A stretch of DNA of 64,000 nt from Chiloscyllium plagiosum. Lineage: Eukaryota. Position 1 is the stretch's first letter. Every line of letters starts with the position of its first letter. Positions 1-12,777 of this stretch are shown piece by piece. The DNA lies in assembly GCF_004010195.1 (NCBI RefSeq), contig NC_057719.1:36543959-36607958 (forward strand). The letters are read 5' to 3'. The notes below the pieces were generated by a model. It was not told where the DNA came from. It saw only the letters and a list, made by a program, of their open reading frames with translations, and made no database searches. The position numbers and the translations under genes were made by a program.

Positions 1-1102
1 TTGATACTTCCAAATTCGAGATTATATACAGAAGAAGACTACGTTATTAGATAGTCTTTATAAATCCGATAGAGAATGTAGTGTCCTACGACCAGTGGGG
101 GTATCTTCCGTCAGTAATATTTATCATTTGCTACATGATGCAGTATCGGGAGATATGGATAATCTGTTTAAAACATGGGATCAGGATCTGGGACTAGAAA
201 TCTCCACAGAAATGTGGAATGATATCTGGGAAAATGCTAGAAGAATTACTATTTGTAACAGAACCCAGGCTATCCAGCTGAAGATACTTCATAGGGCCCA
301 TATAGCACCGGTTTGATTGGCAAAATTTAAGGCAGGATCATCTCCAATGTGTCCTAAATGCAAAATAGAGGTGGGCACTCTTGTACATTGCTTGTGGACC
401 TGTAGTAAGATCCGTAGATATTGGACTAAAGTAGCAAGTACCCTGATAGAAATTTTAGGAACGGAAATTAAAGTGGACCCTGTATCTCTCCTTTTGGGCT
501 TTTCGAACTTTCCCTCCCTGGACACGTATGGGAAGAGACTATTTTCTATTCTTTCTTTCTGTGCAAGGAAAAATATTTTGGTGAACTGGGCGGCTGAGGG
601 CCCCCCTGGACTTTCAAATTGGCACAGACTACTTATGGAATGTATTCCCCTTGACTTCCTTACAAATATGGTGCACCGAAAGACCGAATTATTTTATAAA
701 ATATGGCAGCCCTTTTTGAATTACATAAATACAGATATTTCGGCTATCCTAACAAGGGCTTTTATTTAATTGAGATTACAAACCTGGCTGGTCCGCGGCC
801 CCTCGGGGGAGGAATCCCACACGAATACGGGTTTTATCATATCTGATGCTAACACATCCCGAGCATGTAAGAGACTTAAATATACACCCTGGTTAGTTGT
901 AGGTTAGATTAGTAGATAGTTGAGTTTTGTTTGTTTTTTTTTTCTTTTCGGTTTTTTGTTGTTGTTTTGTTTTTTCTTGTCAAATTTTGGCTATTGTATA
1001 TTTGAGCTAATTGTATATCAATGTTTTTTTCTGAGAGTTTTGTTTATTTTTGTAAACTTGTAAAAATGTTAAATTTCTAATAAAAATATCTATAAAAAAA
1101 AA
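1..1102 (+). mobile_element. L1/Tx1-clade LINE, 3' end (ORF2 C-terminus, 3'UTR, poly-A)
   Basis: One frame from position 2 to 769 reads YFQIRDYI...QLKILHRAHIAP*LAK...CPKCKIEVGTLVHCLWTC (CCHC knuckle)...KIWQPF, with TGA stops at 2-4 and 314-316. T-rich 3'UTR, AATAAA at 1079-1084, A-tail to 1102. Confidence 0.9.
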
Positions 1103-2159
1103 TGGTGCTTTGAAAGACTTTCCAGTACCAACAACATGGAGCAAGCAAAATAAAAATTACGTAAAAATATTATCAAAGACACTGGTCGTACTCCTACTCT
1201 CTATCCGTTAATACATTGAACAACCGAATGTTTGATAGCAGCTACTCTTTAAAAGATTCAACTCTTGCTCTGCGTGGACTGTCATTCACTCACAGAAGTG
1301 CACCCTAGAAACTCCTTTTAGCCTTCATTGGCTATGCGAAAACAAAGCCGATCCATATTTACCAATGACTGGTACAGACATTGTGCCCTAGTATAAACCT
1401 TACCGCTTTTCACCCTCCACCACGAAGTACCTGAAGTAGATGATGAATGGAACTCCCACCAACATGTGAATCAGTATGGAACAAAAAGTAGAGGAGAAAC
1501 AAAACGGGAGTTACACAACTTCTTCGATCAACAAACCTTGCTGGACATCTTATTCCTGGCTGGGTGTTGAGATGGCTCTAGATCACATAAGTGACCTCGC
1601 GTATGACATTGAAAAACTTGCCAACTCAACTGCCCAAGCTCTGAAGCTGGTGAACAAAGAGTTACAGGAGACCCAGATGATGATGCTTTAAAATCTGCTC
1701 GTGCTAGATTTCCTCCTTGCTAAAGAAGGAGGCACTTGTTCAGTTATTGGCCTGGAACATTGCACCTACATCAATGATTTCTCAAAGGACCTTTTGGATG
1801 ACACAGATGTTATCAACAAAACGGGTCAAGGCCCAGGGAAGGTACCTGCTCCACCATCATTTGACTCATGTGGATGGAGTGTCACTTGCTGGCTATGGTC
1901 GCTGTACGAATGGACGGTGTGGGATGTACTGATAGTCCTTGGTCTCATCCAAGGAGTAGACTTTGTCATCCGCTTATGCATGAAATGGACCGTACATTGC
2001 TTTTCACCTAAGCCAAAGAGGAATCTGGTTAATCAACCCTTGTCTACTCCTGTACCTCCATGCCCAAACTCCCATGATGAAATTCAATATCGTTCAGACT
2101 CTGCTCCTCTGGACCTGCCAGAGGAGGCACTTGACTTATTAAGAATACAAATCGACTAA
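1103..2159 (+). pseudogene. env: Endogenous retrovirus env (gamma-type: SU C-terminus plus TM), decayed
   Basis: SU motif HWLCENKADPYLP..DWYRHCALV (~1326-1393). Furin-like site RGETKR|EL. Fusion region LF(P)WLGV (frameshifted). Heptad DIEKLANSTAQALKLVNKEL. ISD-like ML*NLLVLDFLLAKEGGTCSVIGLEHCTYI with TAA at 1689-1691. Hydrophobic TM anchor and Pro-rich tail. Confidence 0.88.
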
Positions 2160-2219
2160 ATGAACTAATTTATACTTGTATAAGCTATGTAGTTGTCATG
2201 AAATAACAAAAGAAGGGAA

Positions 2220-2702
2220 TGAGAAAGTTTATAGCCTTAAATGTTGTCCTTAAGCATTTAGAATTATAGAACACATTTGCTGCATACTGAACATTTGCCT
2301 TATTATATAAAGTTAACTTTTCTCCCAAATTATTGTCCTTCGCTATTATCTATTTAGTTCGGAAAATGCAGTGCTTTCATTAACTTTTGTGTTTGTGACA
2401 GCAACGCCTTTGTAAACCTGTGTATAAAAATAGTTTGTTTTTGATAGTAGGACAGAGTAGCTGGCCAGGGCTCTTGAAAGAAGAGCGATTTCTACACTCC
2501 TGGATTGTTAGAATCCAGTTAGCCTGACTTATAGGTATCAGTGCTATGTTGTAACAGTGATGTTATTAATGATGGAGATAATTAAAATTAAACTGTCTGT
2601 AAAGGTTTTTTTTATTCCAGACTTCTAACGAGTAAGATCTCCGGGACGAACCAAGGCAGGCTTACAGGTCTGACTCCACAAGGGATTCCCTGGGCTGTCT
2701 CA
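2220..2702 (+). mobile_element. ERV 3' LTR (483 bp), preceded by polypurine tract at 2208-2219
   Basis: PPT AAAAGAAGGGAA is followed directly by TGAGA. The LTR ends in the inverted TCTCA at 2698-2702. TATA-like TATAAAAA at ~2423 and tandem ATTAAA at 2581-2592. Confidence 0.8.
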
Positions 2703-3221
2703 TATCTGTACTTTAACACTTTCTTCGCGCTCATTCACTTAGCCATTGCTTGGATGCCTTTTTTCATATTGCCACCTCATTTGCGACTTACAACCTCACA
2801 GTAGTTTGTCTTTTAGTGAAGGTAGGAAGTTAGGCATCTTCGTCCTGGTTGCCAGAATTGAGAAGTCAAAGGAGTGGACATATTGGTGTACAGCACCATA
2901 CTAAATCAATGTCAAATGTACATAATGTGTCAGCAGTTTTTGTGGCAAACACACCACATATGCTTCAGCCAATGGCCATGTCTTAAAATCTAAGGGAAGT
3001 AGTACTTAGTCCAATCATGAGGGACTATGATCAGTCAGGGACTACCACCACAGTCAGTCATAGACATCATTTGATCTCAGTTGAGAGGACTTGGCCATTG
3101 TCAGTCAGCCATTTTGTGGAATCAGGGTTTTGGGGATCCACGTCCTTACAGACCGGGGATTGGGACACGGTCAGCCCTGCAGGTTAAAATCAACCATTCC
3201 AGGGATTAAAGTATTCCAGTT

Positions 3222-3317
3222 GGATTCCTGAAGAAGGGCTTATGCCCGAAACGTCGATTCTCCTGTTCCCTGGATGCTGCCTGACCTGCTGCGCTTTTCC
3301 AGCAACACATTTTCAGC
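3222..3317 (+). ncRNA. Minimal type I hammerhead ribozyme in a short Penelope-like terminal repeat fragment (family A)
   Basis: ggattc-CTGAAGA-AGGGC ttat GCCC-GAAAC-GTC-gattct. Core intact, predicted cleavage after C3255. Confidence 0.75.
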
Positions 3318-5037
3318 AGGGGAGATAAATCAGTCAGGGGGTTGAGGTGTGTCCTCAGTTGGAGGTCTCCTCCCAGGACAATCTGGGGGGTGAGCCACAG
3401 TCAGTAATGGAGATTGGGAATTAAATGTCACGGGGTGGAGTTATCAGGATGCAGTGCTATTCTGCAGCAATTTGGAAAGTCAAGAATGAGGACTGCAGCC
3501 AGCATGTTGTGATAAGGATGGGTCATGCACTATGGGCAGTGTTTGGATTGGACACAAGATGGGGACAACTGTAGATAAAAGGTTGGGAGCAGAAAGAGCA
3601 GTCAACAATTCCTAAACACATGCCAAAGGTCTCAACGGCTGTACAACGGCACAGAGCTGTGTTTTCCTCTCGCATTGAATTTAAGTATCCCAGAACATGC
3701 TCCTATAAGCAATGTGGCATTTCTTGGGGGAATGTGGTGAGGTTTAGAGTACAATGTTTCAGTCGTACTTACAATTTCCCGCTGTATCTGCATGATAAGG
3801 CTTATGCTGCCATCATCTGAATAACATCACTCACCATCCTGACAGAAACTGCATGTGGTTATCTGTTAGTTACCTAGTGAGTTGCAGAGAAGCAGGAGAA
3901 TTGAATTGACTGGAATATACACCAAGATAAATACAGCATAATATCAGGTAGTGATTTTAACCAATTTAAATAATGTCAAATCATGAAGCTTGAGAGGATT
4001 AACAATGTTATCTGAATCTAAAAAATTCCTAGCCACCTATCAATGCACATAATTACACTCTGATGTTTTTTTAAAAGAGTGCTAAGAACAACCATGTCAA
4101 GTGAGCAATTTGTAGTGTATGACAATATCATGATTGAATTGGCTGCTGTGTGCAGAATTCATCACGATGACATGTTACACTAAGCAAATACAGTATTTTA
4201 TCATTCTATTTCCTTGCAAGCTGCAAAGAGATAACTACTGATTATTTTCATGCAAAATTATTAAAACTAATCAATCCTGACAGACATGTGCCACAATTGC
4301 ACAGAAACATATTTATGCTTTAGAATAGTTATTTCCTGTCCATTTCAGAAGCATGGTGATTGTTTTAATTTACTTTCTGACAAAAATGTTTTTCCTTTTG
4401 TTCTAACTCAGGTTCTCATTGTTGTTATTTCAGGGTTCAACCAGTGACACGATCAGTCTATTCAGTAAATAAATACACAGGGGTCAGAAAATTCCCTGCT
4501 TCAATTCCCAGTTTTTGCTCAGTTCATTGTATACATTCACAGGCATATGAAATGAGCCTGACAAAAGGCTTAGATTTATACAGAATTTCCCAAAGGAACC
4601 TTCTGAAGAATCACTACGGTTGTAGTGCAGGAGGTATGGCAGCTAATCTATACTGAGAAACTCAAACAGCAATGTGATAATGCAGCTTTATATATTAATT
4701 AAGGAATGTTGCCCAGGATCGTTGGGATATCTCAAACAAAAGCAAAATACTGCGGATGCTGGAGATATGAAATAACAAAAACAAACTTTTTTTGAAGAAA
4801 CTCTGCAGGTCAGACAGCATCTGTGAAAAAAAGTTAATGTTTCAATAAGACTATTTGGAATTAACGATAACTTTGCTGCTTTTCTTTGAAAAAATACTTG
4901 GTATCATTGATATTGATCTGTGCAGGAGGGTAGACCTGGATTTAATATTTGATCCAAAAGACAGCACTTCCAAAATTACTGTGCTTCCTCAATACTTGGA
5001 TCTGAAATGGAGCTTGAACCCAGACCTTGCTATAGTT

Positions 5038-5195
5038 ATGATGGGAGCTGCTGGTTGGACTGGGATCGACAAAGTCAGGAGTCACATGACACCATAAGCT
5101 TTCAGAGCGCCGCACCTTCATCAGGTAACACTTCAGTGTTCTGAAAGCTTATGATTTCAAATAAATCTGTTGAACTACAACCTGATGTTGTGTGA
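5038..5195. mobile_element. Short Penelope-like insertion with inverted arms and degenerate hammerhead (family B)
   Basis: TSD CTTGCTATAGTT at 5026-5037 and 5196-5207. Minus-strand CTGATGAAGGTGCGGCGCTCTGAAAGCTT at ~5096-5124. Confidence 0.65.
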
Positions 5196-5775
5196 CTTGC
5201 TATAGTTGACAAACAGAAGCACTATTAACACAAAATTAGTTATTGGCTTGAAGTTTAACATTAACTTTACATCACAGTGTTAATGATGAAATTAATTATT
5301 CTAAAATATATAGTGTAAACTCAATGCATCTTGAACAGTGCTATATTATCTGGTCCTAAAGTTGAATACTACTATTCCTAACAGATCTCTCCTTCTTGTT
5401 ACATACAAATCATTGTGCTGCATTCAGGTGTCCAATATATATCTATGTTGAAACATGAAAGCATCATCACTTTGATATGTCTGCACTACAAATGCAAAGA
5501 AATGCCACAGTCATTTCTATAATCAGAAACATTAACTAATAGGCTGGTGTAAATTCTGTAATGTCAGATGTTGCAGCACAAAACCTGTTTTTGCCTTCAT
5601 ATGCAGGATAATTCCAGCTGAAGATCTCTTTATACTAAGAAAACAATGAAATGTTCAATAATGAAAACTACCGCACAACATTTGGTAATCTAGCAGCATA
5701 AACTGCAGACAGCAGCTCCTGCCCTCCACTGGTATTAACGGAATCCCTGAAATGCCATGATCTATTTCTTTGGTG

Positions 5776-5853
5776 AGAGTGTGGTGCTGGAAAAGCACAG
5801 CAGGTCAGGCAGCATCTGAGGAGCAGGAGAAGCATCTGCAGTTCTCATTTTCT
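5776..5853. mobile_element. Very short Penelope-like terminal fragment with inversion junction
   Basis: Perfect 15-bp TSD TCTATTTCTTTGGTG at 5761-5775 and 5854-5868. Sequence is shared with the PLE termini at ~33030-33105 and ~45790-45860. Confidence 0.7.
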
Positions 5854-6899
5854 TCTATTTCTTTGGTGTTTAAATACTTTACTACCTGAGAGACAAGAAA
5901 ATCAATCTACGGGTATCTATATTATCAGCCTCACATGCTGCAGTAAGATGTTAACATTTAGTTTTGTAGGCGTGCTGCTTTCTGACATGGTAACATCATT
6001 CAAACACCAGATTAAACCAAGACTACTAAATTGGCTTTCAAACACAACAGTCCTGATGTTTAGGTCACTAACAAGTTTTATCCTTGGTTAAAAATTGTTT
6101 TGATTCTGTCAGTTCATTCCGTCTTGTTATGTACTGATTCAAAATATGTATATTGTTCAAACATTAATTGCAATACTTTGAAAATGTGGTATTCTAATCA
6201 GCCATGATCAAAGAAAATTGTTTTATAATTTGTGAGTCTGAGATTTAATACATGTTCTGTGCGCAGCTGAAAAAAATGGAGATGCCATAATTAGCAGTAA
6301 CGTCTCATGGATAAAGAACCTAAAGAAACAACAACTCCATTCCTGCTCCTGACTATGGTTGAGGAAATCATTCTGGAAATCTTACATATGTATACTATAA
6401 AATAGGGACACCCAAATAAATCCCAGATACTCACAGGAAGGGAACTGGGTTCTTTAGAAACAGAAGGGGCTTTCTTCATACTTAAGAATCAATCTCATAT
6501 GGAATTGAGATGCCATCAGTGCAATAAATATCAAATCATTTGAAACTTATTGGGATCAATACTTATTTGGCAAAAAAAAGGAGACTAGTTCTGAGAAAGA
6601 ATCTTGATAAAGATTCAAGTAGTTAGAATAATCTATTCTCATTCATCCATTCTTAAAAACAATACACGTCTAACAACTGCTAACAGCAACCTGTATTCTC
6701 GGAACTCTTCCTTAATACATGCCAAGTAACCAGGATTAATAATCATTTATTAATTTAATAATACAGTTCATGAACAAAGTCTTTAAGTCTTATGCAATAA
6801 CACTGGATCTTCTAAGGTATTTAGAATATTAAACCAGATGGCACTCATTTATTAAGATTATAATGCTGCGTAATTAATAAGGCATTATTCTGTTTTAAT

Positions 6900-8220
6900 A
6901 TATGTTTCTATCCATTTAAGGTTACTGGTTCAGAGACTCTTCTTCCACTACTTATCAGGAAGAGTTCCAAAGACTCAGGATCCTTTGTGAAAAGAACTTT
7001 GTCTCATCTCTGAATTGCTTCCAAAGCATTTCCATTCTTTTTAAATAAGGTAGCCAATACTAAACACAATATTCCAGATGTGGTCTCAGCAGTGCCCTGT
7101 ACTTCTTATTTATATATTCAATTCCCCATGCAATAAACAATAACATTCTATTAGTTTTCCTCATAATTTGTATCTTCAGGCTAGCCGTTTGTGATTCATT
7201 CGCCAGGCCACCCACTTCCCTCTGCAACTCTGAACTCTGCAATCTCTCACAATTTAGATTAATTAAAGAAAACCAGCTCTAATTTGTTAATGAGAACTGA
7301 TGTTTAACTAAATTCATTAAACTTTTTTAATGAAGTAACAGACAGGATTGATGAAAGTAAAGCAATTAATGTGGTGTCTATGCACTCCTAAAAGTCATTT
7401 TAAAAGCACCTCAGAAGCAGTGGTTAGCACTGCTGCCTCACAGCGCCAGAGACCCGGGTTCAATTCCCGCCTCAGGCTGACTGTGTGGAATTTGCACATT
7501 CTCCCTGTGTCTGCGTGGGTTTCCTCCGGGTGCTCCGGTTTCCTCCTACAGTCCAAAAATGTGCAGGTTATGGGAACTGGCCATGCTAAATTGCCCACAG
7601 TGTTAGGTTCAGGGGTAAATGTAGGGGAATGGGTCTGGGTGGGTGCGCTTCAGCGGGTCGGTGTGGACTTGCTGGGCCGAAGGGCCTGTTTCCGCACTAT
7701 AAGTAATCTAAAAAGAAACTAAAAAAAAAGCTTGGCAACAGCTTGGCCCGCAGAATAAAAGAGACATTGGCAGCAAGGCTACAATGATGGCTGATTGACA
7801 GGAAGCAGAGTAGCAAAACATCTGATTCTCAGACTGGAGTGGACACAGTGATTTTCCTCACTGATTTTCATATACAAGAATGGCACAATTTCAAAATTTG
7901 CATATCACACAAAACTTGAAGTTTGAGAATAATATGAAGGATGGTATTAAACATCACGAGGACATAGAAAGGTTAACTGGAATGGGCAGACAAGTGGCAG
8001 ATTAGATAGATTACACTGCAGGGAAATGTAAACTGATGTATTTTGATGAGAAGTGATACAACGGAAACATAATTCCAAAGGGTGGACAGAATAGAGATCT
8101 GCAGAATGTGCTCAAATAATTGAAGGTGACAGGTCAGGTTAATAAACCAATAGGAAAGCATAAAAGATACCGAGTTATATAAATAAAGGCATAGTGATGA
8201 CCTTAATTTGGTTGTGGCTG
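6900..8220. mobile_element. Old CR1-type LINE remnants (- at ~6900-7260, + at ~7290-8220)
   Basis: Motif YRALLRPHLEYCV on the minus strand. Degenerate RT-region similarity to other CR1 copies in the window. Confidence 0.6.
7415..7730 (+). mobile_element. tRNA-derived SINE (V-SINE/HE1-like)
   Basis: A-box TGGTTAGCACTG, B-box GGTTCAATTCC, central GTGGGTTTCCTCCGGGTGCTCCGGTTTCCTCC domain, CR1-like tail. Homologous to 25683-25960 and 36765-37097. Confidence 0.85.
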
Positions 8221-9749
8221 TTAATGTGCAATTCTGTGATTAAGGAGCCTTTTTTGAACAAACCCGAGTGAACCAATAGCAATACCAGCAACCAATTTAA
8301 GATAATCAGTCAAGTTCATAACGTGGTTCATTTATAATTATTAGAAATGGCATGAAATGAAAGATAGGGGTGCATGTTCAGGAAACAAAAGGAATACATT
8401 CAAGCCCTTTCCATTTTTTGAATTCTTCAGGAACTTGGGGAACCTGTAGCTCCCCATTGTTTTTTCCATTGCAATATTTCAGCCAATCAGAGACCACATA
8501 CTAAACAATCAGCAGCATTTGGTTTAAACTGTTAGACCTGTTTAAAATTTGGCTTTCTTGTATTTGTCTGAGTGAGTGCCGGATGAATAGCTTTAACATG
8601 CCCCTCTTTTTTGCAATATCCAAGCACTACCAAGCAACTATTTGTCTACAATTGTTAAAAATGGTGGTCTCAGTTAGATGTGGGCTTCATCGGCAAGGGT
8701 TTGTATTGAGAAGTTGTGGTAAGCTGTTCTTGAACCACTGCAGTCAATTTGGTGTTGATACACTCCGCAACGTTGTCAGGGAGTTCACTATCACAGTAAT
8801 TTAAATTTCAGGGAAAAAGGATACTGATTGATGGTAATCAGTCTCTGAACTTGCACTTCATTTTACAATCTGAACTGGAAGTAGATCTCCAGTCAGTTTA
8901 GATTAGTAACTTTAACATAATTTTGATTCAGACAACCTGTCACCCAATAATTACATTTTCAGAGAAATATCATCAGCAATTAAACTTACGTTCCATAAGA
9001 AATACATTCTAGCATTAAAATTGAAAGAGAAAATGCTTTGTGATACTTGGTTACAATTCCCAAGTTTGATTTCAGTCCTAAATGAACCAAACTAGCTTAC
9101 TAAGATTCTAAAGGGAGATAAATGCCACTTCTGCTCTGGTCGACATATTCAGCCAAATGCATGGCTGAATCTTAATGTCCTGAGAGAAATGTGAGATGCA
9201 TGGCCATATAACTTAAAAAAAACTTCAATCCTGTCCTCATAAAAACAAAATCAAGTACACAAATTATGCTTATGATTTAGTCTATTGTGGCTCTATTTCT
9301 GCTGACCAATTCATGTCAGCTAATTCAGCACAGCTCTATTCATACCTAGGGCCTTGCTGGTTTGAATGGCTCATCACTTGCTGCCCTTATCCAGCTGAGA
9401 ATAAGTAAACATGAATTTTAAAGAAGGAAACTTATACTTTGGTAGGTATATGTTCCATAAGCATTTAGTGATCCAGGGAATTTCAATGCCAATGTGTTTT
9501 ACCATAACTTGTTTGTACAAAAAAAATTGATTTTCTCTAGCAGCATAACCATGGTAATTTAACTAATGGTTACAACTTAATTAACAAAGTGGAAAGCACA
9601 CTACATTGACTTGAACAATCAAGAACATTATTCATTTCTTATTAAAATATAAACCTTATTACTAAGGATATGGGTTTTATATGCTCACATTAGAAGGATC
9701 TGGGCTTCACTCAAGAATATTAAATAGAAATTGAGGCTTCACTTGGGCT

Positions 9750-9833
9750 AATTAATAAATAGTAATAATATTAATAAAAAATAGTAATAATATTAATAAA
9801 AATAAATATTAATAAAAATTAATAAATAAATAT
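9750..9833. repeat. AT-rich tandem/low-complexity repeat
   Basis: AATAGTAATAATATTAATAAAA repeated twice plus degenerate copies. Confidence 0.8.
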
Positions 9834-11639
9834 TTTGGAAAAAAGTGAACTGCAATATCATTAATATTAATTTTATTTAATCTTCTTTCTTCTATTGCTA
9901 AATTTTTTTTTCAGTTTTTGATACAGCTATTTTCCCAGTATTTTCCTCCTACAGTCCTTTTGTAATTTGAGTGTTGTATGCATCAGTGAAGGTCTTTCCA
10001 CCACCAGATTTCAAACCACAGCAAACTCAATTGTCATAGCTGGACATAGCTAACTGGTTGATACCCACTGCAATATCCAAGCTGAGCAAGCTGCTGAGGT
10101 CTTGCCTTCAGATAGAAGACTTTGTTACTGCAAACCTCATTCCAAACTCCTTTACTTCAGATTTACATTTAACATCTTAAATTGAATAAAATAATTTATT
10201 AAAAGCACACTGACTTTTTTTGATGCTTTTACTTCCATATAAATCTTCTACATAGCCAGCATGATGTATCCTGAATAATTCAATTCCATAATAGCAAGGG
10301 ATGAAATGGTGATTCTTTCTTTCACACACACAAATATCCCACAGCTCAGGCAATATTCAACAAAAGCTTAGACAATATATCTAATTCTGAAACTAAAGCA
10401 GTACTCCAATTGCAGGGACAATGAGAGATTTTTTTTGCTGAATCTTTATGGGTAATTTTCATAATTGTAGTGAGAATTATTCATTTCTATGTCCTTTGGC
10501 TGTAACTTAGGCTATATATTTTTGAACAAATACATCCAACATTATAATTTCTGTGGTTCTTTTCCCAATCTTTCTCGAAGCAAACTAACTTAGCTAAAAT
10601 ATATATATTTAAAGCAGCACAGTTTATGTGGCATTTAAATTTGCTTCCTACGTATTAATAACATCCTAAATATACAGTGCAATGTATGATTTTCAATATA
10701 TATAGCTTCATAAAGTATTGTTACTATATACAAAAATGTTACTATATTCACCCTTAACTATTTCAAAAGTATGTCATTGATTGTTACAAACTTTGCAATT
10801 TCAAAAGATCTGTTTACATGCTTGTAAAAGCATTTTCTTTCTTCTGATGGATGATAGTTTAAAAAAAGGACTAAAGAATGCAGTGGTTGAATTTTCTTAG
10901 ATGCTCCATTTTTAAAAATATTCAGGATGGAAGGAATTATTTTAATCTTTCTCTACAGGATACATACGGCTGCAAAGATTTTTTTGTTAATTTTCCCACT
11001 TTTGCTACAGCAAAGAGCATGCATTTGCAAACAATAATGACACCGATAGATTAAGCTTTCAATATATCAGGTATAAGTACCTCACAATGTCTGAAAGTAT
11101 TTCACGATAATAAACTGCTTTGAAGTGCACTGACAAGTGCGGACAAAGAGTAAATTTGCTAACACAGTATCTATGTGGAAAAATAGTAACACACCTGTAA
11201 AAAACAGCAATCAATAGACCACAATCTTTTCAACAGATTAGAAAACTGTAAATAAAACTGAAGCATGGTAATATTAATAATACATTGTTTTCGGTTCTTA
11301 CGTCACTGGAATAATGCTCCTCCCTTCACAGTGTCTGAATATTTGTTCTCCACCACTAGTAGCTCTGCATTGTTAAATGCTAATTGATAAACTGGAAAAT
11401 AGTATTCTACACACAAAAACAAACATTTTACACAGAATTCCTGTAACGGTTTAACACAAAATTATACCTATGTAGTTTATTTCAGCTGTTAGAAGTCTTA
11501 TTCAAACAACAACCAGGGCTATAAAGAAGAGTTCACTAGCACCAGCAGGCTCAGTAGATTGGTTTCTAGGATGAGAAGACTGATCATTGATGAAGCGCTA
11601 TTAGATTTAACCCTTACTCTGTTACATTTAGAACAAGAA

Positions 11640-12750
11640 ATGCATTGCAAGTACAGGATTCTAGAGGGTATTAACAGGGAGACACTGGGAGATTCTTTCA
11701 CTGGCTGGGGACATCTAAGTATCAGAATAATGAGTCAATTATTTAGTACTGAGGTGGGCAGAAATTTCTTTACTCTGAGACTCAATGGAAATCTTCATCA
11801 CAATGAGTTTGGTTGTTTCATATTGAATATATTCACATCTGGCACAGACAGACTTCTAATCTCGCATGGAGTCAAATAATATGCTGGGTCCCTTACTGTT
11901 TATGATCTATATAATTAATAATGTTGAGAATGTGGTTGGGGGTAAAATGATAATTAAGTTTATGGATGACACAAATGTTAACTGTGAAGAAGTAGGTTTA
12001 GGTTACAGGAGGATACAGATGGGTGGGTCAGATGGGCAGATCATTGGCAAAAGGAACACAATCCTAAAAAGTGTGAAGTGATCCACTTTGGAAAAAGTAA
12101 CAAGGCAGTACTCAATGAATAGCAGAACACTAGGAAGCTCAGAGGAATAGAGGTATCTTGGTACGATTGTGCATAGATCCCTGAAAACACCAGAACAAGT
12201 TAAGAAGGCATATGAGATACTTACATTTATCAGTTGTGATGTATATAAGATGGGTAGGTTATATTGGAGCTGTACAGAACTTTGATTAGGCCACAGCTGG
12301 AGAACTGTATGCAGTTCTGATTGGCAATCTAGAGGATCTATAGGAAGGCAGTGGTTGCATGGTAGAGGTTGCAAAGGAGATTCACCAGGATGTTGCCTGG
12401 GATGAAGCAGTTTAGCCATGAACAGAGGCTGTATAGGCACAGGTTGTTTTCTTTAAAGCAGAGAAGGCTGAGGAGTGACCTAATTGAAGATTATAAGGGG
12501 CATGTGCAGGGTGGATAGGAAGTACTGTTCCTCTTGGTTGAAGGGTAGATAATGTGATGGTACAATTTTAAGGCCAGGTGGCTTAGACAGAATTTCAGAA
12601 AAACCTTTTTCACCCAGAGGGTTTGGGAATCTGGAATGTATTGTCTAGTAGGGTAGTAGAGGTGGGAAATGTCATGACATTCAAGGCTTTGGCATTAGTG
12701 TATATATTTAAATACAATCTCAATGGGCCAAAGGGTTTCTTTTGTGCTGT
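11640..12750 (+). mobile_element. Degenerate CR1-type LINE 3' portions
   Basis: LGPLLFMIYIIN...KFMDDT and RTLIRPQLENCMQF remnants, with a CR1-like 3' tail. Confidence 0.75.
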
Positions 12751-12777
12751 AAGATATACGGGGTAGATTGGGCAAGT

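Noticed and set aside
1476..2159. Domesticated syncytin-like env gene
   Set aside because: In-frame stop in the ISD, frameshifts, lost cysteine, adjacent L1 insertion and retained LTR indicate a decaying provirus.
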